DNA of 64,000 nt, taken from assembly GCA_965214605.1 (NCBI GenBank), contig OZ243961.1, positions 1,103,008 to 1,167,007 on the forward strand. The letters are read 5' to 3'. The notes below the pieces were generated by a model. That model saw nothing but the letters and a program-made list of their open reading frames with translations. It was not told the DNA's origin and did not search any database. Each line of letters begins with the position of its first letter. Position 1 is the first letter of the stretch. Made by a program: the position numbers and the translations under genes. This DNA comes from an uncultured Candidatus Binatia bacterium (lineage in GTDB: Bacteria > Desulfobacterota > Binatia > Bin18). Shown here piece after piece: positions 17,481 through 27,162 of the stretch.

Positions 17481-19370
17481 ATGCGCGACGTGAACATCGC
17501 TACTATTCCAGACCTTGAGGTTGACCCGGTAACGCTCGACATCATTGAGAGTGCGCTCAAGAACTATCGCTACGAAATGGACGCGGTGCTGTACCGTACC
17601 GCCATGTCGCCCGTTATTCGGGAACAGCACGACGAGTTTCCGATGATTTGCGACCCCAACGGTCGGATGGTCGTCGGCCAGTTCGGCTCGTATATCCGGG
17701 AGATGATGGACGGCTTCGACCGTCCAATCTACCCCGGCGATGTTATCCTGCTCAACGACCCCTATCTGTGCGGCGGAGCGATCTCGCATATCAACGATTT
17801 TTTGGTTTTAGTCCCGATCTTTGACGGCGATGAGCTAATCGGCTGGACGTCGATGTTTGGCCACCAAATGGATGTCGGTGGCCCTCTGCCCGGCTCTTTT
17901 CCGACCAACGCCACCTCCATTTTTGGCGAGGGGCTGCGTATCCCACCGGTCAAGCTGTTTGAGAAGGGCGCCCTGAACGAGGATATCTTGCATTTGATTC
18001 TCAACAATGTGCGCATCCCGATCATGAACCGCTCCGATCTGATGGGCATTGTGGCCGGCTGCAAAACCGCCGAGCAGAGAGTCACAGAGCTGTGTGAGCG
18101 GTTTGGCCGCGACACGTATTTGGCTGCTTGTCAGGCCCTGCTCGACCGCACCCGGCGAGCCATGCAGACGCTCATCAAGCGCAATATTTCGACCGAACCG
18201 CAGTCTTTTGAGGACTATGTTGACGACGACGGGCTAGGCAACGGACCGTTCAAAATGAAACTCACTATTTGGCGTGAAGAGGAGAAAGTCGTCTTCGACT
18301 GGACCGGCACAGACCCGCAGGCGGCCGGGCCGATTAACTTCTACCTGAACGAAGGTATGTTCAAAATGTTCATCGGCGTCTACCTGATCATGGTCTATGA
18401 CCCGCAGATTCTGTTCAACGACGGCTTTTATGATCTGATTGAGGCGCGCTTGCCCGACGGCTCCCTGCTCCACCCCAAGTTTCCAGCGGCCCTCGGCTGC
18501 CGCACCCACGCCCTAGCTCGGCTGTTTGACGTGATGAGCGGTTGCCTCGGCCAGAAGAGCCCCGAGCTGACCACCGCGGCTGGCTACGGCACCAGCCCCC
18601 ACCTGCTGTATAGCGGAACCGACAAAAAGGGGGAGTTTTTCTTTATTATGGAGATCAGCTACGGCGGCATCCCGGGCCGACCGGTCGGCGACGGCATAGA
18701 CGGCCATTCGTGGTGGCCGCTGTTCACCAATATTCCGACTGAGTATTTGGAGAGCTACTGCCCACTGCGGATTGATCGTTACGCCTCGGTGATGGATTCC
18801 GGCGGAGCCGGCCTGCACCGCGGAGGCAATGGCATAGATAAATGGTATACTTTTCTAGAACCCGGTGAGATCGCCATTCATGACGATCGTTGGTTGACCC
18901 CGCCGTGGGGGATCTTGGGCGGCAAGCCGGGCATGCGGTCCAAAAAAATCCTGATTCGTACAGATGGCAGCCAAGAAGTCTTGCCCTCGAAGTGCGATCA
19001 AATCAAAGTTGAGTCAGGTGACCAACTGATCTACCAGACAGCTGGCGCCGGAGGTTGGGGAGACCCGCTGAAGCGAGCGGCAGAGAAAGTGCGCAGCGAT
19101 GTGGTGCGGGATCTGGTGTCTGTTGACAAGGCGCGGCGCGAGTACGGTGTTGTGCTTGATCCAGACACCGCTCAGGTCGATCAAGACGCCACCGGTCAGC
19201 TGCGTGAACAGCTGGCCCAAAAGCGGGACGAGCAGCCCACCTTTGACTTCGGTCCCCCATTGCCCGAGTTGCTTGCTCGTTGCAAACAAGAAACCGGTTT
19301 GGAGCCGCCGACTCCGCCGAGCCTGCCGGACAACTGGGCCGTCAATGGAGCCAAGAAACGGGCGGCCTGA
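17481..19370 (+). CDS. Hydantoinase B / oxoprolinase-family protein (HyuB / acetone-carboxylase-alpha-like)
   Basis: Typical Hydantoinase_B N-terminus (DPVTLDIIESALKNYRYEMDAVLYRTAMSPVIRE). The ATG at 17481 follows a GAGAGGAG ribosome-binding site, so the listed TTG start at 17460 is probably not used. Confidence 0.85.
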   Translation: MRDVNIATIPDLEVDPVTLDIIESALKNYRYEMDAVLYRTAMSPVIREQHDEFPMICDPNGRMVVGQFGSYIREMMDGFDRPIYPGDVILLNDPYLCGGAISHINDFLVLVPIFDGDELIGWTSMFGHQMDVGGPLPGSFPTNATSIFGEGLRIPPVKLFEKGALNEDILHLILNNVRIPIMNRSDLMGIVAGCKTAEQRVTELCERFGRDTYLAACQALLDRTRRAMQTLIKRNISTEPQSFEDYVDDDGLGNGPFKMKLTIWREEEKVVFDWTGTDPQAAGPINFYLNEGMFKMFIGVYLIMVYDPQILFNDGFYDLIEARLPDGSLLHPKFPAALGCRTHALARLFDVMSGCLGQKSPELTTAAGYGTSPHLLYSGTDKKGEFFFIMEISYGGIPGRPVGDGIDGHSWWPLFTNIPTEYLESYCPLRIDRYASVMDSGGAGLHRGGNGIDKWYTFLEPGEIAIHDDRWLTPPWGILGGKPGMRSKKILIRTDGSQEVLPSKCDQIKVESGDQLIYQTAGAGGWGDPLKRAAEKVRSDVVRDLVSVDKARREYGVVLDPDTAQVDQDATGQLREQLAQKRDEQPTFDFGPPLPELLARCKQETGLEPPTPPSLPDNWAVNGAKKRAA

Positions 19371-19421
19371 GAAGGAGAAAAATCGAAGGCCAAGGGTCCA
19401 AAACTCTTTGGGGAAGACACG

Positions 19422-20177
19422 ATGGGGAAACTCGACAATAAGATCGCCCTCGTCACCGGCTCCAGCAGCGGCATCGGAAAGACTGTTGCTCTAGCCTTTG
19501 CCGACCAAGGCGCCGATCTCGTCCTCAACTATCCGAATGATTCCCAGCTGCAAAACGTCACTCGCGTCAAGGAAGACATTGCCGCCTTCGGACGCCGGGT
19601 GATCGCCGTCCGAGCCGATGTCTCCCAGGAAGACCAGGTGCAGAGCTTAATTGACACGACCGTTCAAACCTACGGACGGATTGATATTCTGGTCAATAAT
19701 GCCGGGATCGGCACGGCCAGCCTGGTCGAGAACATGTCGATCACGATGTGGGATGAAATGCTAGCTGTCAACTTACGCAGCGTCTTCCTATGCACCCGTC
19801 TAGTTTTACCGCTCATGTATCAACAAAACTCCGGCAAGATCATTAACACCGCCTCACAGCTTGCCTATAAAGGCGCGCCGGGACTCAGCCATTACTGTGC
19901 GGCCAAAGCCGCCATCATTGGCTTTACTCGCTCCCTGTCACACGAGATCGGCACCCGGAATATTAACGCTAACTGTGTGGCGCCAGGTGCAACCCATACC
20001 CCTCTTGTGGACGGTCTCAACAAAGAAGCGGTTGAGGCGATTCGGGCGGCTATTCCCAAGGGCCGACTGGCGACGGTGGATGAAATTGCTCCAACCTATG
20101 TCTTTTTGGCTTCAGACGAATCGCGGCACTTTGTTGGCCAGTGCCTCAGCCCCAACGGCGGAGACGTCATGCTCTAA
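19422..20177 (+). CDS. SDR-family reductase (3-oxoacyl-ACP reductase-like)
   Basis: TGSSSGIGK, NNAG, and the S...YxxxK (YCAAKAA) catalytic tetrad. Confidence 0.85.
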   Translation: MGKLDNKIALVTGSSSGIGKTVALAFADQGADLVLNYPNDSQLQNVTRVKEDIAAFGRRVIAVRADVSQEDQVQSLIDTTVQTYGRIDILVNNAGIGTASLVENMSITMWDEMLAVNLRSVFLCTRLVLPLMYQQNSGKIINTASQLAYKGAPGLSHYCAAKAAIIGFTRSLSHEIGTRNINANCVAPGATHTPLVDGLNKEAVEAIRAAIPKGRLATVDEIAPTYVFLASDESRHFVGQCLSPNGGDVML

Positions 20178-20265
20178 GACATTCGGCCGACCCTTCTCTT
20201 CCCTTTTCTCCGCCCTCTGCCTCCTGCCTTGTCACACCTGGTCCACCCAGATACACTCGGCCGCC

Positions 20266-21501
20266 ATGCCTCAACCGCCCTCCGCCTCCACGGTGTCATC
20301 CCAGCTGTCCCAGGATCCGACTCCCCAACCAACCCTGTTCACCTCCAATTACGTGCTGCTATGTGTCAGCGCTTTTCTGTTTTCGGGTAGCATGTTCATA
20401 CTGTTTGCGGTTCTACCGCTGTTCGTTGTTCAGGAACTGCATGGAGCAGAATCCCAGGTCGGCCTCATTATGGGTGCGTTTGCCATCTCGGCGGTGTTGA
20501 CTCGACCTTTCTCTGGACTGCTGGTTTCGATCTGGAGCCGAAAAAGCGGGCTAAGCATCGGAACCTTCATCTATTTCCTGGCTCCTGCCCTGTACACCTT
20601 GGCCGGATCAGTGTCGCTCATGCTAGGCCTACGTTTTTTTCACGGCATCGGCATTGCCATCTATACCACCGCGTCGAGCGTATTTGTCGCCGACCTGTCT
20701 CCTCCCTCCCGGCGTGGAGAAGCCATGGGGTATTACGGCATGGCGCTGAACCTGTCGATGACAATCGGCCCAGCCCTAGGCGCCTATCTGGTCGGCAAGA
20801 TCGGCTTTATCAATCTGTTTTGGCTGTCCGCAGCGCTGGCGCTAGCTAGCTTCTTGCTCACCCTGCTCCTGCACGAACCCCACCGTTCTCCACCACCGCC
20901 TCAGACCCCGGCCAAGCGTCCGCCCTTATTCCACCGGTCCGCCCTGTTTCCGGGGCTGATTGCGGTCTGCATGACCATGACCTTTGGCACGGTCGTGTCC
21001 TTTCTGCCGCTGTTTGTGCAGGCTCACCAACTCGGCAACCCAGGTCTGTTCTTTACCGTATACTCCATTGCTGTAGTTGTCTCGCGTCCCTTTGCTGGCC
21101 GGCTGTCAGACCGCTTTGGCCGGCCGGTGGTGATCATCCCCGGTATGCTGCTGCTGACTATGGCGATGACTATCTTGGCGTTCTCAAGTAGCCAGTTCGG
21201 AATGCTCAGCGCGGCTGTCTTTCAAGGCTTCGGCTTTGGTGGTGTCCAGCCATCACTGATGGCCCAGGTGGTCGATCGCTCAACCGACCACGATCGTGGT
21301 CCGGCGCTGGCCACGCTGATGGGGGCATTCGATGTAGGTGTCGGTCTGAGCTCGGTCGGTCTAGGCCTGGTCCTGGGAGCCACAAGCTTTCCCGTTACCT
21401 TTCTATGCGCAGCCGGGATTGGTCTGTTTGGCGCCGCGGCGTCGACCTGGGACGCGTTCTTGCGTCAACCGGCTCAGTCCGTCCCTGGCAAGACCTTGTG
21501 A
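20266..21501 (+). CDS. MFS transporter
   Basis: Twelve predicted transmembrane helices in a 6+6 arrangement, with a G-rich loop (DRFGRP). The start is set at the ATG (MPQPPSAS...) downstream of the SDR stop, because the upstream part of the listed ORF overlaps the SDR gene in another frame. Confidence 0.8.
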   Translation: MPQPPSASTVSSQLSQDPTPQPTLFTSNYVLLCVSAFLFSGSMFILFAVLPLFVVQELHGAESQVGLIMGAFAISAVLTRPFSGLLVSIWSRKSGLSIGTFIYFLAPALYTLAGSVSLMLGLRFFHGIGIAIYTTASSVFVADLSPPSRRGEAMGYYGMALNLSMTIGPALGAYLVGKIGFINLFWLSAALALASFLLTLLLHEPHRSPPPPQTPAKRPPLFHRSALFPGLIAVCMTMTFGTVVSFLPLFVQAHQLGNPGLFFTVYSIAVVVSRPFAGRLSDRFGRPVVIIPGMLLLTMAMTILAFSSSQFGMLSAAVFQGFGFGGVQPSLMAQVVDRSTDHDRGPALATLMGAFDVGVGLSSVGLGLVLGATSFPVTFLCAAGIGLFGAAASTWDAFLRQPAQSVPGKTL

Positions 21502-21797
21502 ACAAGCCACCATGCCCATTCGATAAGTGCAGCGACTTTTGATCCGCCCCCTGTCAGGAAGCTGCGACTGTTGGCATGCCCGAAGGGCAAGTGGAGGGCC
21601 AAGCCCAAGTCAGCGTCGAATTGGTCGCAGACCGATTTGTCCTACAAGCAAACCTCGACTAGAGCCTGAAAGAGCTGGAATCGTGTCTCACGCTCCGCTT
21701 GGGGAAGGGGCCGGTCGTGGCGGTTCGTCTTATCACGGCTCTGGCAAAGCTGTTGCAGAGCGGTAGGGGCAGGGCCCCTTCCCGGCCCGGTTGTAGA

Positions 21798-22625
21798 CTA
21801 CTGCTCGAACTGAATCGAAAAGCCTTCGCGCTCGTTGTTCTCCTTATCAATCAAGATCGTGCTGGCCGAACTGTAAGTACCCATCGGATAGAACAGAAAG
21901 CCGCTCACTCGTTGCCCCGGTTGCAGGGTTTCCACCTGCAGAGCCTTACTCTGGCTGCCCGCCGGTGCCGTAATTGGTGTGACCCGTCCTCCCCCGGCAA
22001 CGCGCAGATAAACCTTGTCGAGCTCAATCCCATACGGTCGTGAAGTATTGTTGTGGATCTCAACTTTGATCGGCAGGATGCCGCTGGCCGGCAAATCGGA
22101 CCCCAGTTCGATCTGAGACTCAAAGCCGTCGAAGGGGGTCAGGGTCATATTCAGCCCGCCCTTGGCTTCTTGTTTGTCATACGCTTCCTGGTTAGCAGCT
22201 AAGATACCAAAGGTCCGGGCAAAATTATTATGAAAACCGCCGGGTCGCTCAGCCGCGCCGATCAGCGATGGGACTGCCACCCCGCCCCGCTCGGGGACTA
22301 CGGTGACCCCGTCAGCGCCACAGGTGATGGTGACTCGGCCACCCTCGCCTTGGCGCGCCTCCGTATTAGTGCCAGCAATGATGTAGCCGGGCGAGCCAGG
22401 GGTGGCGACCTGGACCGACTTCACCGGATGGCCCAGTATCTGGACTGCCCGGTAGGCTAAACGGTTGGCCTGTTCACAGCCCAGCTTTGGAACAGACACC
22501 GTCCGAGTCCGGGGCGGCATAGTTGGGGTACAGCTTGTCAACACTAGCCCGGCTGCACATACCGAGAAAAACAGCACTTGGTGATATAACACAACTCCTC
22601 CCAAGAACTCGCGTTGTTCTAGCAT
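21798..22625 (-). CDS. Hypothetical lipoprotein
   Basis: Hydrophobic N-terminus ending in an L-T-S-C lipobox-like sequence. The remainder is a Gly/Thr-rich secreted-type composition with no catalytic motif. Confidence 0.45.
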   Translation of the reverse strand: MLEQREFLGGVVLYHQVLFFSVCAAGLVLTSCTPTMPPRTRTVSVPKLGCEQANRLAYRAVQILGHPVKSVQVATPGSPGYIIAGTNTEARQGEGGRVTITCGADGVTVVPERGGVAVPSLIGAAERPGGFHNNFARTFGILAANQEAYDKQEAKGGLNMTLTPFDGFESQIELGSDLPASGILPIKVEIHNNTSRPYGIELDKVYLRVAGGGRVTPITAPAGSQSKALQVETLQPGQRVSGFLFYPMGTYSSASTILIDKENNEREGFSIQFEQ

Positions 22626-22668
22626 CTAGTGTATCAAATACTTCTGACCTAGGCGATGACGGGTATTG

Positions 22669-23232
22669 CTAACGCCCATCCTTCAACTCGTCTCGAAGCC
22701 GGCCCAACTCTTGCATCATGGCAATGATATCGGCCAAGGAATAGTGGGCGTTACGCGGGCTGGTCGAAGGCAGAGTAAACACCCGTGCCCCACCAAAGCT
22801 TTCGGTCTGGCGACCGATGCGGATCTGCTTTGTTCCGCAGCAGGCCCGGTAGCCGGTTAAGCCGTTGAAGCACACGATGCGCGGGCGATAGCGCACAATC
22901 TTCTCGTGCAGCTGCCGCGCTCCGTGACGGAACTCCTCAGCCTGCAGTTCATGGATGCCGCGGGTCGGTCGTTTGACCACATCGGTCAGCCCAATCCCCC
23001 AGTCCAACAATCGCTCCTCGTCCCCGGGAGCGACCGGCTCGGGAACCAGACCGGAGGCTGACAGTGCGGTCCAAAACCGATTCTGCTTCCGGGCAAAATA
23101 GCGTCCGATCTGGGCCGAATAGTAGCCCGGATTTATGCCGACCAACACAATATCCAGGTTATTGCGCAGATAATCGGGCAGGTTGCGGAGCGTTTCCGGA
23201 TGCGGTTTGTAGGGACGTGAAGGGCGCGCCAT
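22669..23232 (-). CDS. mug: G/U (G/T) mismatch-specific DNA glycosylase (Mug/TDG family)
   Basis: GINPG...FW active-site region, a size of about 187 aa, and overall similarity to the uracil-DNA glycosylase family 2 pattern. Confidence 0.75.
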   Translation of the reverse strand: MARPSRPYKPHPETLRNLPDYLRNNLDIVLVGINPGYYSAQIGRYFARKQNRFWTALSASGLVPEPVAPGDEERLLDWGIGLTDVVKRPTRGIHELQAEEFRHGARQLHEKIVRYRPRIVCFNGLTGYRACCGTKQIRIGRQTESFGGARVFTLPSTSPRNAHYSLADIIAMMQELGRLRDELKDGR

Positions 23233-23240
23233 GGTGAGCC

Positions 23241-24338
23241 TCAGCTTTGCCTATCACGGAGGCGAGCGTACTGGTATCGCAGGGCACGGTTGGACCATAC
23301 GCCAAGGAGGGAAGGCAGCACGATTCCATACACCTGGGAGCGCGTAATCTTGATCTGGACGTCGGGGTTGAGCAGCTGACACGAACCTCGGATGCGGGTC
23401 AGGGTCGAGACGCCGATGAGCAGGGGCCAGGCGCAGGCCAGACGCAGTCTCCACTCCCGGCGCGGAACCGCTAGGGTGTAGCGCCACCCGGCCTGATAGT
23501 GAGATAGGGTAAGCTCAAGCAACTCATTGAGCAAGGGTCGTATACGGCTGAGATTGGCTGGCTCGAATAATTCCTCGGGTTTCACCCCCAGTCTGTTGAG
23601 GTCTTCGTGGGGCAGATAACATCGCCCCAGACGCAGGTCGCAGGCTAGGTCGCGCAAGATATTGGTCAGTTGCAAGCCTTTGCCAAACCGAACGCCGTAT
23701 TCGGCCATGACTGCAAGATCCCAGTCACGAAGAGCCGGACGGTGGGCGACCGCTGTCTTGGTCCAGAACTCTCCGACACAGCCGGCCACGTAATAGGTGT
23801 ACTGATCGAGATCGTGGCGGGAGCGTAGCGCGACCGCCCTGCTGGCCGCCCCTTCGTCTTCAGGCGGAAAGACCGTGAGATCCATCTGCATCCCTTGGGT
23901 GAGGGTCAGAACCAGCTCACGAATCCGCTGTTGATCGTCTGGTCCAAGCCTGGATAACAGCTCAAAACAGGCGCCAAGCTGCAACAGCAGTTCGCGTTCC
24001 GCAGGGCCGTGCAGTTGCTCGCCCAGCTGCCGCTGGAGATCGGGCAACGGGCTGAGATCCCCCTGAGAAAAAGCCAGACGATAGCGCTCAAGCTGGATCA
24101 GCCGTTGGCTTGGGGACAGCAGCGCAGTATCGGCGATTGTATCTGCAGCACGACAGAACAGGTAGGCTAAGCCCAACGATAGGCGCACGCTAGACGGCAG
24201 GACGCGCAGGCTCAGATAAAAGGAGCGACTAACCCGAGGCAGAATATCAAAGAGGAGCCGGGAAGCTGTTTGGTCGTGCACCATGCGGCTCAAGACATAC
24301 GCGCCTGCACCGTCCAGGTCAACACGGTGCGGATGCAC
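23241..24338 (-). CDS. Squalene/phytoene synthase-family protein (HpnC/HpnD-like)
   Basis: Asp-rich motif YLFCRAADTIAD, a second DxxxD-like region, and the alpha-helical isoprenoid-synthase fold composition. Confidence 0.75.
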   Translation of the reverse strand: MHPHRVDLDGAGAYVLSRMVHDQTASRLLFDILPRVSRSFYLSLRVLPSSVRLSLGLAYLFCRAADTIADTALLSPSQRLIQLERYRLAFSQGDLSPLPDLQRQLGEQLHGPAERELLLQLGACFELLSRLGPDDQQRIRELVLTLTQGMQMDLTVFPPEDEGAASRAVALRSRHDLDQYTYYVAGCVGEFWTKTAVAHRPALRDWDLAVMAEYGVRFGKGLQLTNILRDLACDLRLGRCYLPHEDLNRLGVKPEELFEPANLSRIRPLLNELLELTLSHYQAGWRYTLAVPRREWRLRLACAWPLLIGVSTLTRIRGSCQLLNPDVQIKITRSQVYGIVLPSLLGVWSNRALRYQYARLRDRQS

Positions 24339-24362
24339 GGGGAGGCACCCCCGTGGAGCCCC

Positions 24363-24899
24363 TCACTCCAACATCAGCCCTGAGCGGCACGCCTGCTCCA
24401 GCGCCAGTCGCCGCATCGAAAAGCGGTCTTTTTCCTCGGCGCTCATCTCGGCAAACGTGCGGGAGCTACCGGTAGGCTGAAAGATAGCGTCCCAGCCAAA
24501 GCCATGGCTGCCGCGCGGGGACGCAACAATGCTGCCAGAAACGCTACCGGCAAACACCCAGCAGTCGACTCCATCGTGATAGCCGAACACAGTTGTCGCA
24601 GTTGCCACACGGTCAGTGTCCAGCAGACGGCACAGACCCTCGTTGCCCAGGCTTTGCAAAAACCAGGTGATTAGGGCGCCAGGCAGGCCGTTCCAGGCAT
24701 CAAAGGCCAGGCCGGTGTCCTCAACCAAGACCGGACGTTGGAGAGCGCTGTAAGCGTGGGTGGCTTTATGCCGTACGACCGGCTCTAGCTCGACGGCCTG
24801 TATTTCGTCGAGGTGGAGCGGCTGGTGTGCCACAGCACGGCCGAGCAGGCGCTCCACCTCGGCGGCTTTCGCAGCGTTGGCGGTAACAAAGGTGAACAT
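24363..24899 (-). CDS. rdgB: Non-canonical purine NTP pyrophosphatase (RdgB/HAM1 family)
   Basis: MFTFVTANAAK N-terminus, and the HAM1 pattern (...EDTGL..DALNG.PG...). The start ATG overlaps the def stop (ATGA). Confidence 0.8.
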   Translation of the reverse strand: MFTFVTANAAKAAEVERLLGRAVAHQPLHLDEIQAVELEPVVRHKATHAYSALQRPVLVEDTGLAFDAWNGLPGALITWFLQSLGNEGLCRLLDTDRVATATTVFGYHDGVDCWVFAGSVSGSIVASPRGSHGFGWDAIFQPTGSSRTFAEMSAEEKDRFSMRRLALEQACRSGLMLE

Positions 24900-25444
24900 C
24901 AGTCCGCGGTGTCGGTCGGCAGCCAGTAGCGTTGCCACTCATCGAGGTGAGACAAGGTGTGCAGCGAGTCCATGCGGTCGACATACACCTTACCCTGCAG
25001 GTGATCATACTCGTGCTCGATGACGCGGGCATGAAAATCTTTGGCCACAAAATCAAGCGGCCGCCCGTGGCGGTCCAGCGCTTGGACGCGCACCGCGGTG
25101 TGACGTCTGACCATCCCCCGTAGACCCGGGATACTCAGACAGCCCTCCCACAGTTCGCCTCGCTGCTCAGACAACACGCTCAGCCGAGGGTTGATTAAAA
25201 CCGTCAGCGGAACCGGCGACACGTCGGGATAACGGGGGTGTTTGTCTACTTGTAGGACAGCAAGCTGCCGCGACACATGCACTTGGGGTGCCGCCAAGCC
25301 GACCCCGATATACTCGTGCATGGTTTCGATCATATCGTCAATCAGGCGCTGAAACTCGGCATGTGGAATGTGCTCGGGCAGGACGAGCTGCGCGGTTTTC
25401 CGTAACACCGGATGTCCTAGACGGCAGACTTTTAGAATAGCCAT
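24899..25444 (-). CDS. def: Peptide deformylase
   Basis: The three PDF motifs: GVGLAAPQ, EGCLS, HEYDHL. Confidence 0.9.
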   Translation of the reverse strand: MAILKVCRLGHPVLRKTAQLVLPEHIPHAEFQRLIDDMIETMHEYIGVGLAAPQVHVSRQLAVLQVDKHPRYPDVSPVPLTVLINPRLSVLSEQRGELWEGCLSIPGLRGMVRRHTAVRVQALDRHGRPLDFVAKDFHARVIEHEYDHLQGKVYVDRMDSLHTLSHLDEWQRYWLPTDTAD

Positions 25445-25457
25445 GTTACAGCATCGC

Positions 25458-26114
25458 TCAGGGACGCCTCCGACGCTGGCTACGGCCCTGGTGGGGACGT
25501 TGAAAGGCCAACACCCGATGCCCATGTCGATACTGGGTGACCAGCGTGGCTAGGGTCTCACGATCGATCAGAATACAATCCTCACGTCGAGCTAGCGTCC
25601 GGGCACGGAGACTAAACGGTTGGTTAGCCAGCACCAGCGCGCCGTCACACCCCTGGTCCTGACTAGCGGTCAGTGCCTCAATGACCACGTTTTCCGTCAG
25701 CGGTCTAGTGTGTCGGAACACACGGCCTAGCAGCCGGTCGGCGCCTCGGGTCAACAAAACATCGGCCCCGGGCGAGTTAGACCGGACCAGCGGAGTAACC
25801 TCATAGCCCTGGGCCCGCAACAGGTCGGCCGCATAGCGAGAAAACTCGGTATCCGACATGCTGTCCAGCTCGTGCAGCCGCTCACTCCGCTCACGTTGTC
25901 GCGTATAGCTCTTCCACACAATCCAGATACCGAGCCCACCGCCCATCCACACCAGGGCACTTATCCAGTTGCCCTGGAGGGCGGAGGTGGCAAAGACAAA
26001 AAGCAAGAAGAGCGCGGTGCCTTTGATCAGACGCGTCCGGGTAGTCTTTCCCGGCCGTGCCTTGTGGCTGAGTTCAACAGCGCGGGACGGTTCCTGCATA
26101 GCTTCCTCAGACAA
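25458..26114 (-). CDS. Membrane-anchored protein with a restriction-endonuclease-like (Mrr_cat-type) domain
   Basis: Two N-terminal transmembrane helices. The C-terminal segment (...FSRYAADLLRAQGYEV...GADVLL...) resembles the Mrr catalytic fold. This is weak, motif-level evidence only. Confidence 0.4.
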   Translation of the reverse strand: MSEEAMQEPSRAVELSHKARPGKTTRTRLIKGTALFLLFVFATSALQGNWISALVWMGGGLGIWIVWKSYTRQRERSERLHELDSMSDTEFSRYAADLLRAQGYEVTPLVRSNSPGADVLLTRGADRLLGRVFRHTRPLTENVVIEALTASQDQGCDGALVLANQPFSLRARTLARREDCILIDRETLATLVTQYRHGHRVLAFQRPHQGRSQRRRRP

Positions 26115-26200
26115 GACGGTCAGTTATTACACGACTATTAGCCAGATATCCCAGCAGGAGAAAGAAATCAATCGGGAAAACAGAGACACGTGCTCGCGGG

Positions 26201-27124
26201 TCAGCATTGTGTCGTCAGCACGACCCCACCAATCACTAAGAGTGTTCCAAACACATGGACGGCGGTGATCTGCTCACCAAGAAACACTACTGAAAACACG
26301 AGCACGATGACCGGAATGAGATTCATGAACACGGCCGCCCGATGTGGGCTGATATGCGTCAGGGCTTGATAGTACAACAGATTGGTCAGTGGCGAGAGGA
26401 CACACAAATAGGACACAGCCGCAATCAAAATCGGACTGTACTCAAAGGCGGGCTGGAACGGCTCCTCAAAGAAAAAGACCGGGAGCAAAACTACTGAGCT
26501 CACCAGGTAGGCGCTGGCCGTCGCCGCAGTGGGCGAGCGCTGGCGTAAGGCAATCCGGCTATAGACAGTATACACCGCCCAACTGATCTGGCCGATCAGG
26601 ATCAGTACGTCACCCCAGTTGAACGAGCGCTGGAGCAGATTTTCCACCGACCCCTGACAGATGATGGCCACCAGGCCGATGGAGGACAAGACGACTCCGG
26701 CGACGTTGAGCAGACTGAGTTTCTCCCTCAAAAACAGCCAGGACAGCAAGGTCACCCAGATTGGCGTTGCGGCGGCCAAGATGCCGGCGTTGGACGACGT
26801 CGTCATCTTCAGCCCAACATAGAAAAGCCCGCCCGAAGCCAAGACCCCGCTAAAGGCCATGATCAGACTACTCTTGGGGTCTTTGCGGATTTCACGCCAC
26901 CAGTCCGGGTCTGACTGCCAGCCTAGGAGGTTGAGGACCAGGGCTCCAAATATTGTCCGGACGGCCATCAGAGTGAAAGTTCCGACCAGGGTCAGAGCGA
27001 ATTTTCCGGCCGGGAAATTCCCAGCCCACAGACTGATGACACCGATGAGCAGGAGGTAAGCCACAGGCGAGCCGATGTCCTTTCTGGCGGCGGTGTGGGG
27101 GAAAAGGTATATGCTGGCTGGCAC
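26201..27124 (-). CDS. DMT-superfamily (EamA-like) transporter
   Basis: Ten predicted transmembrane helices arranged as two EamA repeats. Confidence 0.75.
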   Translation of the reverse strand: MPASIYLFPHTAARKDIGSPVAYLLLIGVISLWAGNFPAGKFALTLVGTFTLMAVRTIFGALVLNLLGWQSDPDWWREIRKDPKSSLIMAFSGVLASGGLFYVGLKMTTSSNAGILAAATPIWVTLLSWLFLREKLSLLNVAGVVLSSIGLVAIICQGSVENLLQRSFNWGDVLILIGQISWAVYTVYSRIALRQRSPTAATASAYLVSSVVLLPVFFFEEPFQPAFEYSPILIAAVSYLCVLSPLTNLLYYQALTHISPHRAAVFMNLIPVIVLVFSVVFLGEQITAVHVFGTLLVIGGVVLTTQC

Positions 27125-27162
27125 AGAGACAAGCCAAGGGGCGCACCACGCACCGATCCGCT

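Noticed and set aside
19861-20265. The 5' 135-codon extension of the MFS ORF (MPIKARRD…)
   Set aside because: It overlaps the 3' end of the SDR gene in a different frame and has a non-protein-like composition. The ATG at 20266 gives a normal MFS N-terminus.
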